64,000 nt of DNA from Lytechinus pictus. Taxonomy: Eukaryota. Both the position numbers and the translations under genes were made by a program. Below, in pieces: positions 39,101 to 51,100 of this stretch. The notes under the pieces are model-generated. The model made no database searches. It had not been told where the DNA came from and was given only the letters and a program-made list of their open reading frames with translations. The DNA is taken from positions 15,626,001 to 15,690,000 of the forward strand of contig NC_087250.1 in the NCBI RefSeq assembly GCF_037042905.1. Direction: 5' to 3'. Numbering within the stretch: position 1 is the stretch's first letter; each line of letters opens with the position of its first letter.

Positions 39101-42100
39101 GGATACCACGCATGACCATAGGGTTTCGAAAAACACCCTTAACAAGTATTTTCCATGTTCTGAAAATGCAGCCCTTAACAAGTAAACGGTACCCTTGACA
39201 AGTATTCCCTTACTTTAACCCTAAATCTCCCAGGGTATTTTGATTCCTGTCATTCCCGGGGGGGGGGGGGGGGGCATTATGGCCCCCCTTAAGATCTCAG
39301 CTGCGGATTGCGAGACAACGAAAATTTGCATGATGGTAGAGAATGACGTAATCTACGCAGTTGCATTAGTAAATTTCACTGAATTCATATATTTTTATTT
39401 TATATGAATTAATTATGCTAATTTATTCATGAAATCATACTTTTTGCTCTGATTCACTAAATAAAGCTCCTAGAATGCTATTTTTTTGTGAAAAAATTCT
39501 TTATAGAATTGCTAACAATTGTGAATGTATTGTATTGGTTTTTTAATTTCTTATGAATTTCTTTATTTTCTTATTGTTTTTTTTATGGAAATCGTTCCAG
39601 ACTTAATTTTGATCAGAAACAAGGCAAAATTAATTAAGTTTAATCAGTAAAAGTAGAATGATACATTTATGAATTTTGGCTAAAAACACAATTTGCATTG
39701 GATTTGTACATGAAATCACGTTTATGAACAATTTTGGGGCTGACATGCACTTACATGTTGCGTAATGTCATAACCGCGTACCCGGGCGTCACAAATTTGG
39801 TCTCAAAATTTGCGCGAGACTTGAAAGTAAAAAGTCAGTGAGCGGGGAGGTCAAAAAATTTTGCGCAGCGAAAATTGTCAAGGGGGGCCATTATGGCCCC
39901 CCTTGGGAGAATTAGGGTTAACCCCCTATTGGCAAGTAGGTCTACGGCTACAGCGATAGTTCAACAGCCCCAGCATTAGCAACAATCCTTTTTTCTAGTA
40001 TGTGTAATGTACATTTGAGTTACAATTACAACAGAGAATTACAACAGAAAAGCAAACATACAACTGTAAGTTTCCCCTTTTCTGCCCCATCTCCAACAGG
40101 ATTGACCCTAAACATGTAGTCTTGGTGAAAAAAGTCGGCATCCTCTATACAGTATGACACATAGCTTTCCTAGTGAAATATATACCCCTTTCTCATTATT
40201 ATAGTGTTTTTGACACCCTTATTGCGTTACATACGTAACATGGCCTATCTTGAACAAGAAATCCCTTTTACATGTTTCTTTGGTCACACGTGGTATTAGC
40301 TCGCCAATGGAAATTAATTTTATTTGTGAAGTGGATATATCATCAGAAACAACATTTCATACCCTCTTCTATCATGTTCCATTGAAAAATAACATAATTC
40401 TTACCTCCTATAGAAGCACTAATAGCCACATGCCTCCACCCGCCTGTAAGATTCCTAGTCATATTGGTAAATGCGTCTCTGTATTTTCCAAAGAGTGTTC
40501 TGAATGAATGCAATGAGATAATACCACCGACAAACATTAAAAATAAATTGTCTAGTACTTTTACTATTATTGAGGCACCTTATCAATAGATGGATGATGG
40601 GAACAATAGTATTCCACATTGTGTTCAAAGTGTGTTCACAGTGTTCTCACAGTGCATTAAACAGTGTATTAACAGTGTTTTCACATTGTGTTAACAGTGT
40701 TTACACAGTGTGTTCAGTGTATTCCACATTGTGTTCAAAGTGTGTTCACAGTGTCAAACAGTGTTTTGATAGTACGTTGTAATTGTCTCCACTGTGGACA
40801 CAGTGCTCACAGTCTTAGACTTTTTGACGTCAAAATCGATAGGCTTCCTGGGATCCATGCTAGTATCATACACACCAAATTATATGAGCCCAGGTTAAGT
40901 TAAACTGAAGTTATCGTGTTTACAAGGACTGCAGAAAGGTAAGATGAAACATGTCTCTGTGACCTTGACCTCTAACCTTTTGACCTCAAAATCAATAGGC
41001 TTCCTGGGATCTATGCTAGTATCATACACACCAACTTATATGAGCCTGGGTTAAGTTAAACTGAAGTTATCGTGTTTACAAGGACTGCAGAAAGGTAAGA
41101 TGAAACATGTCACTGTGACCTTGACCTCTAACCTTTTGACCTCAAAATCGATAGGCTTCCTTGGATCCATGCTAGTATCATACACACCAAATTATACGAG
41201 CCTAGGATAAGTTAAACTGAAGTTATCGTGTTTACAAGGACTGCAGAAGGGTAAGATGAAAACATGTCAGTATAACCTTGACCTTTTGACCTAAAAATCA
41301 ATAGGCTTCCTGGGATCAATGCTAGTATCATACACACCAAATTATATGAGCCTAGGTTAAGTTAAACTGAAGTTATCGCGTTTACAAGGACTGCAGAAGG
41401 GTAAGATGAAAACATGTCACTGTGACCGTGACCTTTGACCTTTTGACGTCAAAATCAGTAAGCTTCCTAGGATCCATGCTAGTATTATACACACCAAATT
41501 ATATGAGATTAGGTTAAGTCAAACTGAAGTTATCGCGTTTACAAGGAAAATTTAACGGACAGACAGACAGACGGACAGACACCAAGCATGATACCATAAT
41601 ACATGTACGTCTTGTCTTGGACGGGCGTATATAAAATAGCAATTTTTGGCATGACATTGTCCCGTAAAAAGTCACGTGGCGTCGCTATGTTATACCCGTA
41701 TGTCGCAAATTTGGTTTAAAAGTTGCGTGACTCAAAAAAAAAGTCATAAAATTTTGCGGCGCTATCTTTTCGCGTTTTGAAAATATCGAGCGAAGCGTTG
41801 AGGGGGGCCATCATGGCCCCCCCTCAGCTGTCCTTTAACGGTTAATCCGATGGTTGAGGGTTCGAAGTGTAACAATGTGTTGACAGTGTTGCAGTGTGAT
41901 CAGTGTTCACAGTGTGTTTGGTGTCCAGTGTTGCACAGTGTGTTCGGTGTTGCACAGTGTGTTTAGTGTCCACAGTGTGTTCAAAGTGTTGCACTAAGTG
42001 GTCAAAGTGTAACAGTGTGTTGAAAGTGTTGCACAGTGTGTTTTAAGTGTGTCCACAGTGTTGCATAGTGTGTTCATAGTGTAACACAGTGGCCCGTATT

Positions 42101-45100
42101 CTGAACTCAGGTTTGAATTAAACCCCGCTAAGAGACATAATCGTAATTTGCGCTATATGAAATTTGAGTACTATTATCATTATTATCATAATCATACTTA
42201 CGAATTCTGAATGTAAAATTCGAATGATCCATCTGTTGTACTCAACAAGGGGAAAATCTCTTCATCTGATACTGGATCTATGAAACACCACATCTCAATA
42301 AAGAAATGTGCGGTCACGTGGATTGATTGTACCTCTCCGATATCGATATAAGTGGTATTCCCATCAAGCACGAGAGCCTTGTTCAATCTACACCCAAACA
42401 AAGTAGACATTTTCATTTATTTATATGATTATTCATATATTATTATTTTCATTGAGTATAATCAATTCAATTCAATTGATTTATTTAGCAATCGTCAGGT
42501 ACAATACAATTGCAAAAATACATACCAAAATTAATAATCATCAAACAAATTGCATATCGATACAAATACAAAGAGAATACACCAGCAATAGAGCAATAAA
42601 AGATAATCAATATCATTATTATTATAATGATTATTACTCTCATCCTCAATTAGCATTGGGAAATATTATCACAAAAAAATGTATTATTAGTGATTCCGTT
42701 ATTTATATTCTAGCATCATATAAGTATTGTTCTGTTCACATCCTCAAAGGGGGAGAAGCTAAAGAGATCAGAGAACAATATGGGGTAGGTTGGGATGGGG
42801 CGGCGTTACTATCTTCACCTTCCTGCCAAGACACTTGTATTCCACATTTGACGAGAAGGGGTGGGGGCGGGGGCAGGGCGTTACTATCTTTACCTCCCTG
42901 CCCAGACACATGCATTCCATATTTGACCAGAAGGGGTGGGGCAGTGGACTATACTATCATTACCTACCTTTCAAAACTCTTGTATTCAACAGGAGGTGGG
43001 GGGGAGGAATTCTATCATTATCTACTTGTTAAGACATATTTGACCAGAGCGGGTGGGGGGGGGGGAGGCATGGCTACCTACCTGCCAAGACACTTGTATT
43101 CCATATTTGACCAGAGGACACCGTCTTGGTGGTTCATGAATATACCCAGACGACCCCCAAGATACATGATGTCATATATATCACCTGAATCGGTTAGCAG
43201 ACCATCAACGGTGAATATCTGGACCCTATATGGTATGAAGGGGAAAATATATATATAAAACACTATTAATTTGCAATTAGTGACACCTTCATTGATAACC
43301 AGATAGAATAGGCATCCTAATTACTGTCTGTCATCACACATGTAATAGTATGTCTCTACAGTCCGCTTCTAAAGACGTCAATAAAGATGAAAGCAAATAT
43401 GAGGAGAGGAAGAGGAAGAACAAAACAAGATGATAATGGAGAAGAAGAAGAAGAAAAATAAGAAAAGAATAAGAATAAAAAGAAGATGAAGAAGAGGAAG
43501 AAGAAAAAGATAATGATGATAATGGAGAAGAAAAAGAAGAAGAAGAAAAAGAAGATGAATAAGAGGAAGAAGAAAAAGATGATAGAGGAGAAGAAGATGA
43601 AAAAGAAAAATAAGAAGAGGAAAAAGACAAAATAGGGAGAAAGAATTGGAAGAAGGAAAACAGTCATTAGCCCTATAACTAAATAAATAAATATATATAT
43701 ATATATACATGTATTCATTAAATTAAAAGATGTGAAGAAATAAAAAGCAAAAGACAGTGTCAAAGACAAAACAAGAAGAGGAAATGGAAATAGGAGGAAT
43801 GAAGGGGAAGAAGAAGAAGATGAAGAAGAAGAAGAACAGGAAGGGGAGAAGGAGAAGAAGACAAGAATAACAAAGAAGAATAAGGACTATTGAAATTCAT
43901 AGGACAAGGCAAAATAAGAATAGGATTCAAGTAGAGAAGACAATTTTTTTTGTTGAAAATATACATAAATATATCATCTTTTTCATTACTTTCTTTTGAA
44001 TTGACTCGACTCGTTTTGCCAGGTATATAAGTACAGTGTATGTCTTTTGTTTATATCTACTTCTCTCCTTCCCTACTACTTCAATTTTATGTTGCCCTGT
44101 TTTGTTCACTTAAAACATGAAACCTGTGACCTGGTGGGTGTTTCATAAAGCTGTTCTTAAGTTAAAGGAAAATGAAAGGATAGATTTATTATCTGGTCAT
44201 AAGCCAATTACACTTCACTAATTAAAATAAAATTAAAATGAGGCAGAACGGTTTCCTATTTCCCATGATATGCCAAGTCAAAGTTATCAATATTTTGATA
44301 TTCGAAAGACCCGTGGAGGTCGCCATTTTGCTCATACTCCCCATATCTCCGTGGGGGGTTGTGACGTCAGCGACGTACAACTCAGTGTCCAACCCCGGCG
44401 AGCGCCTGTGATTGCTAGCGTAAAACAATGCTGATCAGGATGGTATACTGCCAAGCGTATGGCTGCTGAAATCGGTCAGAAAAGGGGACAAAATGCAGCT
44501 AGCTTTTACCTAATTCACGATCCGCAGAAGCTGAGGCCAGAAATCTCTCTAAAAAAAATTGGGTGGCTGCTGCTGACCGTGCGCCGACGTGCCTCTACTC
44601 TATACTACCTCTAAGTTAGCTCTGCTCGTTGAACAATTTCTTCGGCCGAGTAGATCTATTTGTGGCTCGAAGTCGTAGGCTCTCGGCCATCCATTTCAAT
44701 ACATACGTCCGCGATATGTTTTGTTTTATTTAAAATCGACGGTAACAAATAATAAACAACGTTAGATATATAGAAATATAACACAATCAACAATTTCCCG
44801 ATATTCAAACGGGATAAATAACCAAACTTCCAACATAACACGATCACTCGGTTCAGGGTACATGACGGCCCGTACAGTACGTACAAATTTAGCTTTGTCA
44901 AATTTGCCAATTTGGATATCGTAAATAAATTTGTAAAATATTTCATCAAAACTCATCAATTTGTGTTTTTAATCCATAAAATAATTTAAATAGCTTTTTA
45001 ATATTATTTCTAAGTGTTTTATGTGTATATTTTATTCATTTCTGGTAAAAAAAGTATCTATATTATGCAAACTTGGGGGCGGTTTCAGCCCGTATAGCTA

Positions 45101-48100
45101 GCTATGCGTTATGCACATGGAAGTACCGATACTACCGAGAGCAGTTTTGAACGAACCCCACAACAATGGCGATCTCCATTCAGAGACTTCGAACCTGAAG
45201 AAGCCCAACTTTGAAGAGGTGGTACTCGATACTGGGAAATCAGATTGGGGTATAAGTGGATTCATTTTGATTGGCATGTACTTATCAATGATATTATGTG
45301 GTATTCAATTTTGGGTTTCATTCTCCTTTAAGAGCAACTTTAAGAACGATTGGTGATCCTTTCTTGTGGTAAATGGTATTGGATTGGCAATTGTTTAGTG
45401 CGTATAAGGGTTCGCCAGTCGTTCTTAAAGTCGGTCTTAACTTAAGAACAGCTTTATGAAACGGCACCCTTGGCATATTGTAAAAATTGCTTGCCTCTGT
45501 TATCTATAAAGACGAATGCACACCTTACGATTAGTCTGTAACCCAAATTTGGAATAAAACGTAGTAAAATTTGATGCAAATAAAGAGATATGGAATAATG
45601 TAGGCTTACTGCTTAACCCTAAAAGGACTGGGCTATTTGAGATGTATTTGCCTTCTCGACCGCCGTTCGCGCTTAAATTTGGCACGCACATTCTCTACCG
45701 CATAAACTACAAGCTAGTACGAAAAAAAAAATTCTGAAAAAAATTATCTTTTATATATTATAAATAAAATATGCAAATTTACTCATGAAAAACATTATTT
45801 GCATATTCAACACCCAATTTCATCTTAAATTTTCTTCTTCTTTTGCAGATGTCATCTTAGTAATCTATTTTAAAAGTTTCCACAAAGAAAAATTGTGAAA
45901 ACCAATTTTTTTCTTTATGTATTTCTTTGTTTTCAGAATTTCTTATATCTTTGTTTTTTCATCTTTTGTTTTTCATTGTTTTTTTCAATGGAAATTATTA
46001 CAGACCATTTAACAAGTAATAAAACCCTAAATCAATTAAGAAGATCAATTAGAATGAAAAATAATCACCCTTTTATGAATTTCATCTCCCTTAGACTTTG
46101 TACACAAAGTATAAAAATGAGCCATTTTTGGCATGACAATGTCTCGTAAAAAGTCACGCGTCGTCGCGATGCTATACCCGTATGTCGCGAATTTGGTCTT
46201 CAGCGGGATTTTTTGAAAAAATAAAATGGTCATCACCTGAACTTTCCAATGGATGGTGTGTGTAAGATTTTCCATCTATAAGGTGTCGTGTAGTTCCAAG
46301 TTTTGAGGTCTCTGTCTTGCCACATCACATGGGAATAATCTGTGTACGTCTGATAAGACCACAGAGCAGCAAGGAAGTCATCGCTATGGTCCTTAGCAAA
46401 TATCCTCTACAGAACAGGATTTTGTAGTAAGACGGAAAAAACAAAAAACAAAAAAATCAGGGAAATCAATCCGCACATAATTATTTATCAAAGGTCAAGT
46501 CCACCCCAGAACAAAGTTGATTTGAATAAAAAGAGAAAAATAATAGAAGCATATCACTGAAAATTTAATCAGAAGAAATTCATTGAGAGCTGTGAGATTG
46601 ACCGTCTTTATGCAATTCTCGAGGAGGCGAATCTCGACCTATTCTAAATCCGTAGTCAGCTGTTCATGTCAAAAATTTTTGGGGGACAAAGTCAACCCAT
46701 ATGGCCAGTTTGAAGCCTCCATAACGATAGTGATTTGCAAACTTTTCAGAATTCATACCTTTCTATTTAATATACTTTAATAGTCTGATATTATTCAAAA
46801 TTTTACATATCTGATTGTCTAATTTTCCCCCTTTTCATCATCTAAAAACAACTTTCTTTGCTGGATTCCCCTTTTAATAAAATACATGCAACACAATCAA
46901 ATTGGCCTCGCTGCAAATCATGTGAAAAGGATTACAATTAGTGGAAGTATATGTAGATGAAATATATCATTAGTGGATAAGGTAGTGCATTAGAACCAGG
47001 GGGGTGTTTCCCAAAGATTTAAGTATGACTTAAGTCGCACAGACGTGCACATGATGTGCAACGCATGATCTTATTGATTGATACGCATAAGTGCGGGTCC
47101 TCGTAACACGATCTGACCAATGCGGTCAAGCCTTTCGTACCGTACACAACTCTGTATTTAAGTGCAACTCTAAGTCATACTTAAATCTTTTTAAAACACC
47201 CCCCAGGAGGTGGTGTTTCACAAATATTTAAGCGTGACTTAGAGTCATACTTAAAGGGATGGTCCGGGCTGAAAATATCTATATCTTAATACATAGAGTA
47301 GAATTCACTGAGAAAAAATGCCGAAAATTTCATCGGATAACAAATAATAAAGTTATTGAAGTTTAAAGTTAAGCAATATTTTGTGAAAACAGTCGTCATG
47401 AATAATCATTAGGTGGGCTGATGATGTCACATCCCCACTTTCCATTTTCGTATGTTATTACATAAAATCATAATTTTTTATTATTTCATACTTGTGTGAA
47501 TAATATGTCTCCCTTATAATGGAATAAGATGCAGCAACAAATATCTAATGCACTAAATCAGTTGTCAATCCAATTTTTCTAGTACTTCTTGGAGGAAAAA
47601 ATTGAATAAACCTAATAAGTGGAGATGTGACATCATCAGGCCACCTAATGAATATTCATGACGACTGTTTTCACAAAATATTGCAAAAGTTTAAAATTCA
47701 ATAACTTTGTTATTTGTTATCCGATTTTGATGAAATTTTCGGCATTTTGCTCAGTGAATTCGGACCATCCCTTTAAATGTGCACGTCGGCATTTAATCCA
47801 TTTCCAACTGGAACCTGGTGATACCTGTGAAAAGTCTATGGGAATTACAGAATTTAATATTCAATGGGTTTAAATACGCAATACTCTATGTCACATTCAA
47901 CTCTTTGTGAAACACCCCCCCCCCCCCGAGTATTTCTTTCACAGACCTTGATGACTATTCCAGGAAGATTTGTTTCCGTTTGGAAACCGAACTGCTTCCA
48001 CCATTGTACCAAGTAGAATTGCCTGATATCGTGGAAGCCGAAAACCAATCCAATGCACATGTTATCCCCCGTCTCCTCATCACCGTTGACGTACATGGTG

Positions 48101-51100
48101 CCCGTGTAGATCACGTCCTCAAATTTTTCGTCGCTAACCAGGAGCACAGGAACATTTTTATCTTTCTTGCCGTGGACCTCTCTTCCCTGTCACAGACAAG
48201 GTATGAAAATCAATTGAAATGTAATGTAATTGAGTGAAATTAAATTAAATGGACTGGAATATAAAAATGAAATGAAATGCAATACAGTGCAATGAAATGA
48301 AATACCATGAAATGAAATCACTTAACCCTAAATAGACTGGGCTAGTTTGACACCTAAGAAGACTGATCTGAGGGGATCTGATTCAGCCCCCCCCCCCCGG
48401 GGGGCCACTTCCATTCACGAGTGGATACCATGCGCGACCATGGGGTCTCGAAAAGCACCCTAAACACGTAATTTCCATATTCTGAAAATGCACCCCTTAA
48501 CAAGTATTGGCATGTGAAACCCTACCCTTAACAAGTATTGGAAACAAAACGATACTCTTGTTACGGGTCCTTCGGTCGTCGGCTTTACCTTATTTGGTTT
48601 AGTACGACCCCACCTTCTACACCTCGCGCAAATTGGACTCTAAACACGAAGTGTTGGGGCAAAAAGGACATCCTTTATAAAACATTTTAATTTTGTTTTA
48701 TCATCCCCACAAATTCGACCCTAAACACGTAATTGTCCTAGCGAAATAGATACCCTTTTTTCATTATTTTTGTGTTTTTGACACCCTTATCACGTTACGT
48801 ACGTAACGTGCCCTATCGTGAAAAAGATATCCTTTTTACGTGTTTTTTTGGTCGCGCATGGTATCCACTCGTCAATGTAAGTGGCCCCCCCAGGCCCCCC
48901 CCTTATGATCTCAGCCGTTGATGGCGCGATCGGGACAAAAAATGGCACACACATTACCCATGGCATAATCTCAAAAACTTTAAGGTCAAATTCTGTGAAA
49001 AATCTCATTGCTAATTAATTATGCTAATTTATGCGTAAAATCAAAATTTTGCTCTAATTAGCTAAAAAGTGCCCCTAAAATGCTAATTTTTTGTACAGGG
49101 ATCTGATCAAATGTACTTTAAAGAAATTACAACATCACATTTATTTTCTGATGTATTTTATTGTTTTCTAAATTCCTTTGTATTATTTAGTTTTTTTACT
49201 TTTTGTTTTTTATTGTTTTTTCAATTGAAATTGTCGGGGACTTTATTTTGACCATAAACAAGATGAAGTTAATTGATTTTAATCAGTAAAAGGAAAACTA
49301 ATGATACATTTATGAATTTTGGCTAAAAACAATATTTGCATTGGATTTGTAGACAAATTCATGTTTTTGAGCAATTTTGGGCCTGCATGCACTTACAAAA
49401 TGTTGCATAATATCGGAACCGCATACCTGGGGGTCGCAATTTTGGGGAGATCATATGGCCGGGGGGGGGGGGGGGGATCTCGACCGTCGATCGTGCCGAA
49501 AATTGGCACGCAGCTTGCCTGGAACATGATCTACAAATTTTGTACTAATTTATTTCCTGCATTTTTGCTTTTAATTATGCTCATTTATGCATAATTAGTA
49601 TGCAAAATCATACTTCCTCCTCTCATTCCCTAAATAAAGCTCCAAATGTTCTAATCTTTGGTGTAGAAACTCTTTGTGGTAATCTCAACAAACAAACATG
49701 AAAAAAATTGCGATATCAGAACAATTTCTTGTGTATTATATTGTTTAATGCAATTTCTTATGTATTTCTTTGTTTGTTTACCTTTTTTTTTCAATGAACT
49801 TTAACGGGGACCCTTTTGAGATCATAAACAGCAAAAAATAAATCCATTTAGACCAGCAAAACTAAAAATATGATTATGGGTTGAAAACACAATTTGCATT
49901 GACTTTGTACACAAAATCACGTTTTTGAGCAATTTTTGGTCTGACATGCACTTACAAAATGTTGCGTAATTTTGTAACCCCGTACAAGGTTGTCGCAAAT
50001 CTGGTCTCGAAAGATGTGCAAGAATTAAAAAAAAAGTGGAAAAAAAATGAAGTGATGTGAATTGCAATAAAATGAAATGCAATGTAATGTACTACAATGC
50101 AATGAAATGAAATGCAACGAAATGTAATAAATGCAATGAAATGCAATGATATGAAATGAAATGCAATGGAATGAAATGAAATGATATGAAAAGCAATATG
50201 AAATGAAATGTAACGATATGAAATAAATAAAATGCAATGAAATGAAATGCAACGATATGAAAAAAAATGAAATGCAATGAAATGAAATGAAATGCAACGA
50301 TATGAAATGAAATGCAACGATATGAAAAAAAATGAAATGCAATGAAATGAAATGTAATGATATGAAATGCAATGAAATGAAATGTAATGTAATGATATGA
50401 AATGCAATGATATGAAACAAAATGCAATTTTTCGTTGCTGACACGAACGTTTTTATTCTTTTGGCCATGGACCTCTCTTCCCTGTCACAGACAAGATATG
50501 GAAATCAATTGGAATGTCATGCAATTGAGTGAAATTAAATTAAATGGAATGGAAAATAAATATGAAATGAAATGCAATACAGTGCAATGAAATGAAATCA
50601 CTCAAATGAAATTAAATGCAATGCAATCCAATGATATTAAATAAAATGCAATTAAATGTAATACAATGCAATGAAAAGAAGCGCAATGAAATGAAATGCA
50701 ATGATATAAGATGAAATGCAAGCAATGAAATGAAATGAAATGTAATACAATGCAATGAAATGAAATGCAATGATATGTAATGAACTGAAATATAATGAAA
50801 TGAAATATAATGAAATGAAATGTAATACAATGCAATGAAATGAAATGTAATGAAATGAAATGCAATGCAATAAAAAGAATGCAATGAAATGCAATGCAAT
50901 GAAATGAAATGTATTTCAATGCAATAAAGTTATATGACATAAATACACTGCAATGAAATGGAATGAAATGAAGTGAATTGAAATGCAATGAAATGAAACG
51001 CAGTAAAATGAAATGAAATGCAATATGAAATGAGATATCAAAGCCAAACCTTATCAGAGAAGAACCATTTAACTCCTTGCGTGGGGTTATTTAGATTGGC

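Noticed and set aside
42425..43258. 277-aa plus-strand ORF
   Set aside because: Antisense to a real exon and runs through AT-rich intron and decayed repeats; no domain signal.
49952..50988. FISLHFI-type ORFs
   Set aside because: (GAAAT)n satellite translation.
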